From positions 63,355,738 to 63,419,737 of the forward strand of contig NC_068355.1 in the NCBI RefSeq assembly GCF_020536995.1: DNA of 64,000 nt. Reading direction: 5' to 3'. The first letter of the stretch is position 1. Every line of letters begins with the position of its first letter. Shown here in pieces: positions 51,796 to 64,000 of the stretch. The position numbers and the translations under genes were made by a program. The notes beneath the pieces are model-generated. The model was given only the letters and a program-made list of their open reading frames with translations, had not been told where the DNA came from and ran no database searches. This stretch comes from Dreissena polymorpha (taxonomy: Eukaryota).

Positions 51796-53102
51796 AGTAT
51801 GGTTATTACATACTGGGCACGTGTTTTTCCCAGTGTACACCAGTCCCCTACACACACCATTCACGCCACAAACGGATGGAGACTAAATCAAAATTAAATG
51901 TAATCTTTGTAAAAATTTAAATATCTTCAATTAAAACTTAAGTACATAGGAATTGACACTGTATTACTACATTTGTCCAAACATTAACAATCTAGTAAGT
52001 TTATTATTAAGGAGTACATGGACACAATATTTGTACTTACACTATGCGACTACAGATGGGGAAAGTCTTTGAACACGCGCATGTGAATGAAACGAAGTCA
52101 ATACAAAGAGTTAAGTTTTGTAGTAACACTTGTGCTTTTTTAATGTATTATTGATTGTTATTCACGTAAAATAATATGGTAGTTGCAGCTAGAATATCAG
52201 CAGAAGTTGAAGCAATAAATGCGATCATGGTGATAGTGTAATATTATAGTTGATTGTGGTGTTCTTGGTGCTCATGCTGTTAAAAGAGTTTTTTATTTAA
52301 ATGTTTGTTATTGCATTTCGTGTGTTTGGGTATATGATACATTTGTTGATGTTGTTGTATTTAAAAACAACATCAAAACCATTTGATGAAAACAATTAAA
52401 ATATGTACGGGAAGGATACACAAAAAAACAAATTCCATATGCTTGACAATTGTATACACCTTTTAATTGAACTTCATTTAACTTAGATACTAATTTTTTT
52501 TTATTTTTTTTTTATTCAATATAATACATACAATGTATACATGTATATATACAACATAGTGATTGTACAAAGCAATAAAGTTCAGACATGTTATACAAGA
52601 TATGCTAATATGTATTTTTTTTAAAGAGAAAAGAAAAGAATAACAGAAGAATAGTTATGAAAAATGATGAGTTGTATAAATCCGGAAGAAAGCATACTGG
52701 ACTTGTGTGTTTTGTTGTATATTCACAATGATCTTATAAGATTGAAAAAAAAATATACAAAAATATTTTAGAAAGATAAACTAATATTAGAGTGAAATGT
52801 ATATAAGTGGACAAACATCATGAGAATTTAATCCGATTCCATTTTTGTTCAAAGATTTGTAATGTGTTATTACTGAGGGCTATTTCTTTCTCAATCTGGA
52901 CTTTAAGTTTAAGACTATGGATAAAACAATTAAAATTTGGTACTTGTTTTTTGTATTTCATGTTAAAGATAAACAATTTCATCATTATAAGAATAAAATT
53001 CACAATATTATTACAGTCTTTTGATTTCAATGAGTAGATTCCGAAACTTACATTTAAAAAAGATAGTTTAACGTTTATTTGCTGTTGTTCAAGGAAAGAT
53101 GT

Positions 53103-53944
53103 TTATTGATTCCAAATAGGCTGGATGTGTTTGCACTCCCAAAAAAGGTGTTCTATAGTTTCGATGTTTTCACTGCAGAAGTCACACAGATTTGAGTTAG
53201 ATAATTTGCATTTAAAGAGATATTTATTTGTAGCTATAATTCTATGGATGTATTTATATTGAAAACTTCTCAGAGTGCTTTCAATAGTTGCTTTATATGG
53301 CATGGTAAATTGTGTTTCCAATAAAGTTCATGTACTCCGAAAAGGACTTGCCATTTATTTTGGGTTTTTGAGTTTTCTGTAGGGTTTTTAATTTGTAGTT
53401 TGTAAAATATTTTATTTGTTTTGTTTTTTCTTCCAAGTATATTTTCTACGAATGTTGTTTGAGTACATGGTGTAATATTTGTATTGATTTCAGATTTAAT
53501 ATGTATGTGTATGCTTTTGATTAATGTGTAGTACTTCAGAAAATTATTTGAAGGTATTCCGTATATGTAGCATATATCATTAAAAGAGTAGAAATCCCTA
53601 ATTCTGTAGTCATATTATTGGTCGACATATTTAATGCTTCGTTCAAACCAATCTTTATAGAAAAACGTCTTATTGTTTGAAGTTATGTCTTTATTGTTCC
53701 ATAGAATAGTTTTACTGCTTGTTTGGGTTTCTAGGTTATGAGTGACATCAGTCCATGCTGATAGAACATCAGACAGAAATATGTTTTCGTTTGCAATTTC
53801 ATGTAAGATAGTATTGCTGATGTTACATTCAAAGCGTAAGGAGTCACCATATTTTTTTAGGATTTTCTGATAAAATAATTTCCATTTACTCGTATTGGTA
53901 TTATCTAGGTATCTTTTAACCCAGCTGCATTTGATTGCATTCAA
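53103..53944 (-). CDS. LINE ORF2 C-terminal region with CX2CX8HX4C zinc knuckle
   Basis: ILWNNKDITSNNKTFFYKDWFERSI is followed by CDFCSENIETIEHLFWEC. Confidence 0.7.
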
Positions 53945-54031
53945 GAATGAGTCAATGTTCGTTAATTGGATACCTCCATTTTCTACAGATTGAATTAACT
54001 GAGTTCGTTTTATTTTATCAGGCTAACCGCC

Positions 54032-55179
54032 CTATATAAAATTAAATATTGCTGATTTTATATCGTTAATAATATCATTTGGTGGATTTGGGAGGACTGT
54101 TAATACATAAATTAATTTAGGAAGTGCAAACGTTTTCAATACTGTGTTTTTTCCGAATAGTGTAAGTTTACGGTGATGCCACGATTTTAAGCAGTTTTTA
54201 AAATTCTGTAATTTAGGTAGTATGTTTTTAAGAACTGTATCCTTTTCATTATTTGTGAAAGTAATTCCCAACGTTGTGGCTTCATCGGATGTCCAAATAA
54301 ATTTCATTTCTTTTTTATATTGAACATTACTTTGTTTTAATTTACCTACTCGTAGCATAGTACATTTACTTTTGTTTAGTTTCAGACCCGATGTCATTCC
54401 GTAAAGCGTAAGCGATTCTATTAGGTTATAGAAAGAATCGTAATTGTCGTTTAAAAAATAAGTTGCATCGTCAGCAAATAGGGACTGTTTGATTTCTTCG
54501 TCAGGTTCTAGTGATATGCCTTTTATGTGTTTATTTGATTGGATGTGATGTGATAGATACTCGATGCAGATAATAAATAGCGATGAAGAGAGTGGACATC
54601 CTTGTCGAACCCCTCGTTCGATGTTAAAACTGTTTGAAAAGAAGCCATTGTTAATGATTAAACTGTTAATATCGGTATAGAATAGTTTGACCCATTGAAT
54701 GAGACTTTCACCAAAGTTCATATTTTCTAAGCAAGATAACATAAATGAATGATCAAGCGAATCGAATGCCTTTTCGAAGTCTGCAAAGAATATTAGACCA
54801 GGATTATTTGAATTGTTGAAATAGTTTATGCATTCTTGGATAAGACGAACGTTTTCACCAATGTAACGTCCTTTTATGAAACCAGATTGAGATTTTGAAA
54901 TGATTGCTGGTAATATATTTTTAATTCTGTTTGCTATACTTTTAGTTGCAATTTTATAATCATTGTTTAGTAAACTTATTGGGCGCCAGTTCGATAAGGA
55001 TTCTTTTTTTCTGGTTTTGGAATGAGTGATATTATACCTTGTTTTTGAAGCATAGTTAGGTTTTTATTGTTATATGAATAGTTTAGTGATTTAATTAGAT
55101 GTGTCTTGATATCATTCCTAAATATTTTATAAAACTCAATGGTGATGCCATCAGATCCTGGACTTTTGTTATTTTGCAT
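54032..55179 (-). CDS. LINE reverse transcriptase domain (two ORF fragments)
   Basis: KSPGSDGITIEFYK...GIISLIPK (motifs 0-1) is followed by RGVRQGCPLSSSLF, FADD and SGLKLNKSKC (motifs B, C, D). Confidence 0.85.
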
Positions 55180-56183
55180 TTCTTTTAGTGCTAATCCACA
55201 TTCATATTCATTTAGTAATCCGTCACATAATAGTTTTTCTTCTTCATTTAAAGCGTGATGTGTATTTTTAAAAAGGGTGTTATTTTCAACATTTTTTTCG
55301 TTTATAGAGGGATTCGAAAAATAAACGTTGTTCTTCTAGTATTTGAGTTCTGTTTGTTATATCTTTGCCATTGACTACTAATTTGTGTACAGTTTTTTGT
55401 TCACTTCTACGTTTTTCAATGTTTGCTAAGTATTTTGTATTTTTTTCATTGTGTTCAACATGCTGTGCACGCGCTCTTAGTATTATTCCATTGAGATGTG
55501 TATGATAGATTCCGTCTAATATTTGTTTGTTTAATGTTATTTCATTTTCAATGTCGGTGGTATCATTTGTGTTTTTTGATGCAATTGTTTTTCAAGGGTT
55601 TCAATGGTTTTGATGGTTTCAGTTTCAAGTTTGTGTGTTTCTTTTTGTTTAAATGATGTGTATCTAATTGTTGTGTTACGTATATTTCCTTAAATTACTT
55701 CCCATAAGGTGTTTGGGTTTGCATCTTTATTATTTTGAACTGTTTTTAATATTTCCTGTTTTATTTGTGTTTGATATTCTGTATCTAATAAGATGCTGTT
55801 GTTAATTTTAAAGTATCCTGGGCCTCTTTCAGGTTGTATATTGTGCAGTTTAAGTTCAACTAGAGAGTGGTCAGTCATAAATCCTGGTTTTATGTTGCAT
55901 GTGCAATAATGTTACAAAGAGACTCAGACATTAAAAAATAGTCTAATCTACAAAATATTGTTGGTTTTGTGTTTGAGTGCCAGGTGAATTTGCTTTCGTT
56001 TGGATATATTGTACGCCATATGTCTATCATATTGTAGTTTTCAATTATGTTATTTAAAATGTTTCTATTTTTAGGATGAGTATAAAGGTTTCCCTTCTTT
56101 TTATCTAATAATGGGTTAAGAATAGTATTGAAATCACCACCGACTATAATGTTTTTATCTTGGTTATTATTTATAAAGGATTG

Positions 56184-56553
56184 TTATGTTTCGTAAAAAG
56201 TGGAATCATCTATGTAAGGGCCGTAAACGTTGATTAATGTGAATTGTGTTTCGTGTATTTTAATATCTATACTTGCTTGTCTACCAGTTATTATTTCGTT
56301 AAAGTTTTCAACTGTGATCCCTATATTTTTTTTTATCAGAAAGGCAATGCCTTGTTTATTAGTATGTTGTCCACTGAGATAGATGTCTCCATCCCATTCA
56401 TCTTTTATGGTTTGTGCTAAAGTATGTGTTAAATGACATTCTTGTAAAAGGCATATGCTATATTTTTTTTTCACCTAACCATTTGAAGATTTTTATGCGC
56501 TTGTCTTTATTGTTAAGCCCTTTTACATTCAAAGTACAAATTTTAATACTCAT
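56184..56553 (-). CDS. LINE apurinic/apyrimidinic-like endonuclease domain (N-terminal part; frameshift in a T10 run)
   Basis: MSIKICTLNVKGLNNKDKRIKIFKWL is encoded at 56553-56476 and ...YSICLLQECHL...INVYGP at 56474-56184, matching the LNVNGL...ICLQETHL pattern of L1/CR1 endonucleases. Confidence 0.75.
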
Positions 56554-56984
56554 TTAATAAGATGGTGGAGTACATGATAATTTTTAGAGTGTCTGTCCAG
56601 TTGTTTTTTATTATAAGACATAGGTCAATGAAAGTATTATATGTTTTGGTGTTTTGTGTAAAGGTGATGTGTATGTACAAATATAGTAAACATTTCATCT
56701 TGACATATACAATGGAATATCGGGAAAGAAAAAAAAACATCAGAAAAAAAGAACAAATAACACAAAAACAACAAACAATTAAAACGAAGAGAATTCTTTG
56801 TGTGCTTGTCCAGTTGCTTTCTATCACAAGACATAGATAATAGGTTTTCATGTTATATTTAGAGCCAGAGGGAGGTATGGGCAAGAATAAAAATTTATTT
56901 ATGTAACTTATCAAGACTGGGTTTGTGTGTGTAGTCATGTGTTTTTACGTGTGTTGCTGCGTGTGTTGTGTGCATGTAATGAAA

Positions 56985-57600
56985 AAAATATAATAAAAAA
57001 ATGTAAAAAAAAGTGAGTGGGTCAATATTTGAAGGTTAGTGAAGTATGCGTGTGTGTTTTGTGAGTATTTGAAGTAAAATATTTTCTTTTACATGTTTGT
57101 ACAATGCTTGCTAAAGCGATCTAATGAAAACAAAACTGACATATACTATACATGCTAGTATACTATACATGACATATTAAAGACAAACGACAACAAATAC
57201 AATCGTATCGTGTGGTTAACAAGTTGTTTACAGTGTAATACTATCAAATAAAAGATAATAATGTTGACAGGATGTTAACATAAAACAAAATATAATAAAA
57301 GGTAAAGAAAACAGTGAGTGAGTCATTGTTTGAAAGTTAATGAAGTATGCATGTGTGATTGTATTTGAAGTAAACATATATTCGTTTACATGTTTGTACA
57401 ACGCTTGTTTAAGCGATCAATGAAAAAACAAATTTGACTTATACTATATATACCCGTATACTACACTATACATGACATAGAATAGACAAACGACAATAAA
57501 CAAAACTTAACGTGTGTACTAACAAGTCGTTTACATTGCAATACTATCAAATAGAAGACAATAATGTTGACAGGGTGTTAACATCAAAATCAAATGTATC
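56985..57600. repeat. ~310-bp tandem duplication x2 immediately upstream of the LINE 5' end
   Basis: ...gtgagtg.gtca.t.tttgaa.gtta.tgaagtatgc.tgtgtg....gta.tttgaagtaaa.ata.t..t.tttacatgtttgtacaa.gcttg.taaagcgatc.aatgaaaa.caaa..tgac.tatactata...ctatacatgacata..a.agacaaacgacaa.aa....a...gt.tg..aacaagt.gtttaca.tg.aatactatcaaata.aaga.aataatgttgacagg.tgttaacat is seen twice. Confidence 0.8.
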
Positions 57601-58009
57601 CATTTCTATAAGTAATCCATTTAGTATGAGAGTTGTTTGCAGGTTAGGTAACTTTACTTATTTTGAAATTTCAGCACGCATCAAAAGAGAGCAATGCTAT
57701 ATATGTATATGACAAAAACAGAGTATCAATTAAGTTGCATAATTTCATCTGCAGGAAAGAAAACAACTTCAACAAAAATCTTCTAAGGAAAAAGACATGA
57801 CATGTGCATTGTTGGTATATGCATTGATTGTCATATAAAGATACAACATTATCTAATACATAAATCCCCTAGATTAGAGATAAGTTTAGATCTACTTTAT
57901 AACAACAGTCTTACACGGGGTAAGAAAACATCTTATTATTATTATTTAGTAAAATATCCGTGAATGTGTTACTTTCAAGTATATAAAACATAATTGTAGG
58001 GCGTATTTA

Positions 58010-58190
58010 ATTGTTTGTGGCATTTTCACAAAAATAGGTCAATAAACACTAATGTAGCTGCATTTGCAAAAAGTCTATTGTTATTTACAAGCATTTATTT
58101 AGTTTAAGACTTTTACACAGTACTAGGTCAATATACCTACTGTAACTGCATTTGCAAAATGCCTTGTTATTTACAAGTAAACACATTCAA
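58010..58190. repeat. ~85-bp tandem duplication x2
   Basis: aggtcaata.ac..a.tgta.ctgcatttgcaaaa.g.ct.ttgttatttacaagca/ta appears twice. Confidence 0.7.
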
Positions 58191-58564
58191 TTAATAAAGC
58201 ATCTAACGCAATAACAATTTATATGTTCACCGAACAATCGAGAGCGAATATTCGTTTTGCAGGTTCACGGAAAAAAGGACAGCAAAGAAGACAACGTCAA
58301 TACCCAATAAGGGTGTATATTTGTTTTGGGCGAGCTCACGTACACAAACAAGCAGCAAGAAGACAGAGAAACAACGTTTATATCAACAAATGTATCTTCA
58401 GATATTCTTTGAAGAGAATTTAAGCATAAAAACTATATTTTTATGAGCAGAACAGAGGAAAAAGTATACGTTTATTATTTAAATTTTAAATATTTATTGT
58501 TTTGTTGGTAAAAAACTAAGTAAATGTGAGCAAATGCTAAAAAATGTACTAGTTAAACAACTCG

Positions 58565-58750
58565 ATGAGAAATGTATGTATACACACACATAAACACACA
58601 CACATGTATATGTATACACATATACATACATCCATACATATATACTCATATACAAATACATGCGTATATGCATATATATACATAAACACATACTTACACA
58701 CACGTGTATATACATATATACACACATACATACATATGCATACATATAAC
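58565..58750. repeat. Imperfect (CA)/(TA)/(TACA)n low-complexity tract
   Basis: acacacacataaacacacacacatgtatatgtatacacatatacatacatccatacatatatac... Confidence 0.9.
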
Positions 58751-59169
58751 AAGTTTTCATGTGCTGTTTTTTTTCAAAGCATTCCCCTTATATCGAATGA
58801 GCTAACTCCAAGCTAGGTTTATCTAAGGGGTTGCACGTTTAAAGTGTTCCATTTCCAATCATTCTAGGGTCGAACAACGAAAATACCTAGATATTTTGTT
58901 CCGGTATTTATATTAAGAAATATATTGATATAGAACAGCTCCGTATAACCATCTTTGTACGACAGGAAAAAAATTAGCGTGTATTATTTATTTATGTTGC
59001 AAAGTTCATTGGTAACAATATTAATTGAGTTTCATTCATTGTCTTAGAGTTTAAAGTATTGTTGACGATCTTTGAAGTTTAACTATCTAACAATATAATA
59101 AAATCTATGTATTTCACTCAACTATACTTTGATTTATTAGTTCAACAAATTATTGTATACCAATTTATT

Positions 59170-59700
59170 TCGTTTTTATAAAAAATCGATACAACTGTAC
59201 ATAATAGATACTTATTGTCATCATTATACATTTTTACTTTCACAACATCACATATATATATATATATTTAACAAAATAGCACATATGTATTACGCGACAT
59301 CAAAGATCAATTTAAACGTAAACACTGACTAGATTTGTAAGGCTTTTCAATAATTATCTACCTGAGTAATATATGCACTTATTTGTTAAGTACCAAACAT
59401 TATTTTTGAGCAGAAGGATACACAAAAAACAAATGCCATATGCTTGACGATTGTATACACCTTTTAATTGAACTTAATTTAATTAGATACTAATTAATAG
59501 TCATCATTATACATTTCACGTTCACAGCATCACATATATATATATTTAACAAATCAACTGATATGTATTACACAACATCAAATATTTATTTAAACGTAAA
59601 ACTGACAAGATTTGTACGGCTTTTCAATAATTATCTATCTGAGTAATGCACTTATTTTTTAAGTACCTAACATTGTTTTGGAGCAGAAATTATTTTAAAA
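59170..59700. repeat. ~270-bp tandem duplication x2, with dispersed relatives at 52405-52495 (85-bp segment) and 62440-62600
   Basis: Both units share catcattatacattt...cacatatatatatatttaacaaa...atatgtattac.c.acatcaaa.at..atttaaacgtaaa.actgac.agatttgta.ggcttttcaataattatcta.ctgagtaat...gcacttattt. The segment ggatacacaaaaaacaaatgccatatgcttgacgattgtatacaccttttaattgaacttaatttaattagatactaatt matches 52405-52495. Confidence 0.75.
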
Positions 59701-59744
59701 ATTCATTCAAATAGTAAACAAGAGCTGTGTTTGTGATACACAAT

Positions 59745-59965
59745 GCCTCCTACTGCGCCCGTTTGAAGCCATATATCTGACCCCTGACCTTGAAGAATGA
59801 CCTCGATCTTTCACCACTCAAAATGCCAAATATTAAGTTGCTCTCTTCAATACTACAAAAGTTATGACCAAGGTTAAAGTTTTGGGACAGACACACACAT
59901 ACAAAAACAGACAGACAGACAGGCAAAAAACCAACATTCCCCCGATCATTTGATCCAGGTGCATA
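59745..59965 (+). mobile_element. Tetranucleotide-core family copy (5'-truncated body + (GACA)n + tail)
   Basis: ctgaccttgaagaatgacctcgatctttcaccactcaaaatgccaaatattaagttgct.tcttcaatact.caaaagttatgaccaaggttaaagttttgggacagacacacacatacaaaaacagacagacagacaggcaaaaaaccaacattcccccgatcatttgatccaggtgcataaaaat aligns base for base with 6905-7150. Confidence 0.75.
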
Positions 59966-60469
59966 AAAATTATCCCTGTTGCCAACAATGTTTTTCAATG
60001 ACTACCAAATAATAAAGGTCTCACAACAGAAGGTTGCATCACATGTCACTAGATGTTGTGGCATGCATAGTCTTTCTTATCCGTATTTGATGTCGGTCTT
60101 GTTTTTTTCATATTAATGTCACACTTGATTTAATGTTAAATACTAGATTAATGAAAACTATTATACACACACCTGGTTGTAATGTTAATAAATGTATATC
60201 AGAACAAACAGAACTCAAAATAATTATAATTTAATAAAAACGACACAAATATTAATAATCACAATGTTGAGCAAAAATTGCACATGCATTTAGATATAAC
60301 AATAAACATAAAACAAGTGTTGTCCATAGGCAAAATTCGTTAACAACACTCTCGCTTTGATAGTATAATGTACAGTTTCTCTCATTCAACTACACTATCA
60401 ACTGCAAAGACAAATTTGTTAATTTAATAAATAAACAAGAAGGCCATGATGGCCCTGAATCGCTCACCT

Positions 60470-61110
60470 GACTAACCTTGCTTCATGAACTTAAATTTTA
60501 TTAGACCCATATACAATCCCAAGCCAAATTTCATTTATTAATACATTCTGACAAAATTTCATTAAGATGTGATGACAACTGTGACCTCTTTCATCTACAC
60601 AAGGTTTGACTAGAATTGGCCCGGTGACCTAATTTTTGACCCCAGATGACCCATATACGATCCAAAATCAGATATTATCAAGATAAACATTCTGACCATA
60701 TTTCATTAAGATCATATGAAAACTATGACCTCTATTGTCTTCAATTTTTTTTTATGAATTGACCTAGTGACCTAGTTTTTGACCCAAGATGACCCTAATA
60801 AAATCCCAACCCATATTTCATCAAGATTAATATTCTGGCCAAATTTCATAAAGATTGCATGAAAACTGTGACCTCTATTGTCTACACAAGGTTTTTCTAT
60901 TCTTTGACCTAGTGACCTAGTTTTTGACCCCAGATGACCCAAATACAATCCCAACCCAGATTTCATCAAGATAAACATTCTGACTAAATTTCATAAAGAT
61001 TGGATGAAAACTGTGACTTCTACTGTCTACACACACAAAATGTTGACGGACACACGCAAGCACATACGGACGCCAGACATCAGACGGTCACATAAGCTCA
61101 CCATGTTACT
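60470..61110 (+). mobile_element. Tetranucleotide-core family copy whose ~155-bp body is amplified to 4 tandem units, then a (GACG/GACA)-like core and unique tail
   Basis: Units at ~60478, 60632, 60790 and 60940 share gacc..atgaccc.aata.aatcc.a.cc..atttcat.aagat.aa.attctg.c.aaatttcat.aagat....tgaaaactgtgacctct..tgtctacacaaggttt...gacctagtgacctagtttttgacc. The last unit runs into gacggacacacgcaagcacatacggacgccagacatcagacggtcac. Confidence 0.75.
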
Positions 61111-61179
61111 TCGTGACATGTGAGCTAAAAACAAGACTATTGCCGGCAATATATGTCCCCTACCAGCTCCACCATTGTC

Positions 61180-61400
61180 AGATTTTATTTATATATATAT
61201 TTGTTGCCGTAGCAACCCAATTTTTTGACGTAGGAACAAAATGAAATGTCCGTATTGCCATCTATCCATGTTGTAAGTTTCATGAAAAAGTATGAAGAAC
61301 AAGTTATTGCAGGATCCAGAAAACTGTGACCGACAGACAGACAGACGCATAGAGCGCAAACCATAATTTCCCTCGAGTGAAACCGGTAGGGGACAATAAT
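61180..61400 (+). mobile_element. Tetranucleotide-core family copy with (GACA)3 core and tail ttccctcgagtgaaaccggtagggga (imperfect hairpin)
   Basis: gtaagtttcatgaaaaagtatgaagaacaagttattgcaggatccagaaaactgtgaccgacagacagacagacgcatagagcgcaaaccataatttccctcgagtgaaaccggtaggggacaata. Confidence 0.7.
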
Positions 61401-61699
61401 TCTATGATACTGTAAATACAAACTCCAAATAGTCTTTTTTTGTCTGTAAAGTGATGCATTTTGTTTTTGTAATAAATGATAACCCGAGATTTAATTGAAA
61501 AGTAACTAGACTTTGTCAGATATAATATGTTTTGTAAGATGCGCAAAGAACTGATATTTTGCAAGCTAATGAATATTTATAATTTAAATTATTTTTCACA
61601 AGGCTTTTTTTTTTATAAAACAAGTCACATTAAATTATAACATTTACAGATAAAATGCAGCACGTGATTTTTTATTTCTTATAACAATACCATATTTAT

Positions 61700-62260
61700 A
61701 GGCTACTGATAGCGCCTTATTAAAGACTTCCTATTTAAAACAAAAAAGTATAAAGGCAAAAACTATAAAATTATATACAACACAGAAATTAATATAAACC
61801 ATTCAAAATATAGTTTATTAACCCATTGTTTCAAACTATCTATCCAAAACCAAAAAATAGACGGCCTTTAGGCTTACATTATAAAAAGTCATTTATTTGT
61901 ACTACTGTAAACGCCTTACTAAAAATACTTTCTTTTGCAACAAAAGAAAGTATTAAGGCAAACACTACACAATTATATACAAAACCAAAAGTAATAGAAA
62001 CCATGCAAAATATAAATTATAAGGGCCTTGTTCCAAACTATCTATCCGAAATAAAACAATAGACAGTCATTAGGCTTAACCTTTTACAATAAAATATCTA
62101 TTTACTCTCTCTCCTGTTAACGCCTTATTAAATACTTCCTTTTTGGAATAAAATAAGAAATAATGCGGACACTGTGTAATTATATATAACATTTAAAAAG
62201 TTAATTTAGCCACTTGTTCTGAACAATCTGTTGGAAACAATACAATCGATTTTTATCGAT
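61700..62260. repeat. ~185-bp AT-rich tandem repeat x3
   Basis: The recurring block tg.taa(a)cgccttattaaa.acttcct.ttt..aa.aaaa.a.gtat.aaggcaaa.actat/caaattatatacaa.ac..aaa.taata.aaaccat.caaaatata..ttat.a..c..ttgtt.caaactatctatccaaaa.caaaa.atagac.g.c.ttaggctta repeats. Confidence 0.75.
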
Positions 62261-63059
62261 TGATTCGGTCATCATGCAACAATTTGGAAAGTATAAGCTA
62301 TTATACTTTAACAATAGAAATATACATGTATGTTCCTCATTTGTTAAACCAGCATTGAGTCTCTGTTTAAATACACCATTATTTCAAGAGCAATCAAATA
62401 TGTTTTTGGTAATCTAAAAAAAACATTCAAAGCAATTTATTGATTCAAAACTAATTATTTGATTATCTTTATCATTGAAACATCATCAGGTGTATAGAAC
62501 ACATCACATACATATTAAACAAATAAAACATCTATATTAAAGCAAAGCTGACTAGACATTTATGTACTTGCACCAATAATCTGTGCTAATAATATATGCA
62601 CTTATTTAAAAAAAATAAAAATTAACTCTGCTGGTATTTCTTAAGCTTCTCCCGTCAGTTATCACAATGGTGTAAGTGTGTACCCAATTATTATAATATA
62701 TGCCTCCAAATAAGATTGGAATATTACATGCAATCAGAGAAGAGCATACTCCTACCATGCTCTGTCTTTTATATCTGTGTTTAAGCCAGTCTTGGTATTT
62801 TAAATGTGACCCAAATTAAAATATTAGAAATACCATTCATATTATAAACAGATAAAGTTCTTATGAAAATAGAAATGAAATAGAACTAACATATTTACAT
62901 AGGAAATTACGTAGATTAGTCCAACAAAATTATTAACAATCATGCACATATATTTAAAAAGAAACAAGAAAAACAATACTGTCAAAACACTCATCATCAA
63001 TCATGTTAAATAAGTTAATATATGTTAAAATCCTTTATACATTATCATATTAAAGTGAC

Positions 63060-63580
63060 GACAATCCCAACAGTTGGACCTTGACTCATTGACTTTGATG
63101 GAAGCCATGGGGTACTTTCACACAACACACTCATGAGTGAGATTATGTGTAAAGCTATACAAACATCTTAAAATGTTACATTTCTACCCAAGTTAAGTTT
63201 AACACAGACAGAATGACTAGACATAGTAAGTCCTATATAACTTCCCCATCCACCAACTTAAAGGAGGCTAGTCTGTCAGATAATGAGTAATGCCAGACAA
63301 AAACAAGAGGGCCTGAAAGTCGTTTTATGTGAAGCCCAATAAGAGCAAGATATTATAAAAAATGTTTTAAACAAGTTTCATGAAGAATGACCAACAAATG
63401 GCCCCCTGGATATTAGGCCTGAATAATTTTTTTGACTCGCAATAGAAATCATTGGTACAAAAATTGACAAAGTTTCATGAAGATCCGACAATGAATGTGG
63501 CTTCTACAGTGCTGAAAAGGCAAATATTCATGACACACAAGGGAAGACAGACAATTGAAAAAATGTCATCACAAAAGTTC
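63060..63580 (+). mobile_element. Probable additional tetranucleotide-core family copy (body with two aagtttcatgaaga... units; minimal gacagaca core at ~63548)
   Basis: acaatcccaacagttggaccttgactcattgac...; aacaagtttcatgaagaatgaccaacaaatg... and aaagtttcatgaagatccgacaatgaatgtggcttctacagtgctgaaaaggcaaatattcatgacacacaagggaagacagacaattg resemble the bodies at 60470-61110 and 28121-28500. Confidence 0.45.
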
Positions 63581-64000
63581 ACCATAAGCAATAAATTGTA
63601 TGCTCATAAGATTGTCACCATGTTTGAAGAGGATATTATTCAAACTAATAGAGTAAACAAAATGAAGATATTATAACAACATTTGTACAGAGCAAGTGTC
63701 ATTCAGATTAAACTTACAATGTGACTAAAAGTTTTCACAATGTTTCACAATAAGAAACTGAAGACATAAAAAAACTACCACCCCCCTGAGAGCCTTGTTT
63801 TTTAACAAACATGAACTATTTTCAGACTCACCTTGCAATTATATTTCCAATTAAAAAATCAATAAATCCATTTTAAAACAAATTTTTTTATAATCACACA
63901 AACAAATTCAGACCTAATCAATAAACTGTGTGCCTCAAAAATTATATCTTCTCTTATCTATGGTGCCACACATCAAAGGAATAGCACAACAAGGTATCAA

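Larger units (their letters stand above)
52497..56553 (-). mobile_element. Degraded non-LTR retrotransposon (LINE; APE + RT + C-terminal CCHC knuckle; CR1/L2-like or L1-like), ~4 kb, fragmented by frameshifts
   Basis: Minus-strand ORF pieces run in LINE order from high to low coordinate: an APE N-terminus, the RT N-terminal motifs, RT motifs B/C/D, a post-RT ILWNNKDI...KDW block, and a CX2CX8HX4C knuckle. An A-rich tail (reverse complement of taatttttttttattttttttttattc) lies at 52497-52520. Confidence 0.85.

Noticed and set aside
56543-56938. 131-aa minus-strand ORF upstream of the LINE endonuclease that might be ORF1
   Set aside because: It has a low-complexity, hydrophobic F/L/I/C-rich composition with no coiled-coil or RRM-like features. 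It overlaps opposite-strand ORFs of similar quality, so it is probably non-coding 5' UTR.
58494-58816. Overlapping ORFs rich in Y, M, C and H
   Set aside because: They are a low-complexity (CA/TA) tract with no protein-like composition.

Overview
This 64-kb window is eukaryotic, not prokaryotic. It is AT-rich and repeat-dense with sparse genes, splice-site-like junctions, tRNA-like sequences, LTR and LINE retroelements, long microsatellites and a multi-kb satellite, so it is most consistent with an invertebrate metazoan genome. The flavour of the interspersed repeats suggests a mollusc or bivalve, but that is inference only. There are no operon-like gene arrays, ribosome-binding sites, CRISPR arrays or other prokaryotic system features, so no hidden prokaryotic defence or accessory system is present.

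What the window does contain:
- A ~1-kb (GTA)n microsatellite at the left edge (1-982).
- A gag-protease-only LTR retroelement (7977-13343) with near-identical 346-bp LTRs and a tRNA primer-binding site. Its gag has two in-frame TAA stops and its protease abuts the 3' LTR directly.
- A dominant interspersed element family seen at least 9 times. Each copy has a gene-like body, a GACA/GACG/GTCT/CCAG-type tetranucleotide microsatellite core and a hairpin tail. One copy is nested in the LTR element, and two copies form an ~800-bp head-to-head palindrome.
- An intronless class-A GPCR gene at 24794-25894, the only convincing host gene.
- A relic terminal exon of a papain-family (cathepsin-L-like) protease at 28763-28960.
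- A tRNA-Phe-like gene with a 17-nt intron-like insertion (36232-36321) and a degenerate tRNA-Val-like copy (38376-38447), both inside a locally duplicated ~3.4-kb block.
- A foldback-type element with ~130-bp terminal inverted repeats (43760-44937).
- A ~6-kb satellite built from a 9-bp CCTATTTAG submotif with ~300-bp higher-order periodicity (45757-51795).
- A degraded ~4-kb LINE on the minus strand (52497-56553) with endonuclease, reverse transcriptase and a C-terminal CCHC knuckle.
- Many short tandem arrays and palindromic structures.

The supplied ORF track uses alternative start codons such as TTG, so many of its ORFs are spurious translations of repeats.
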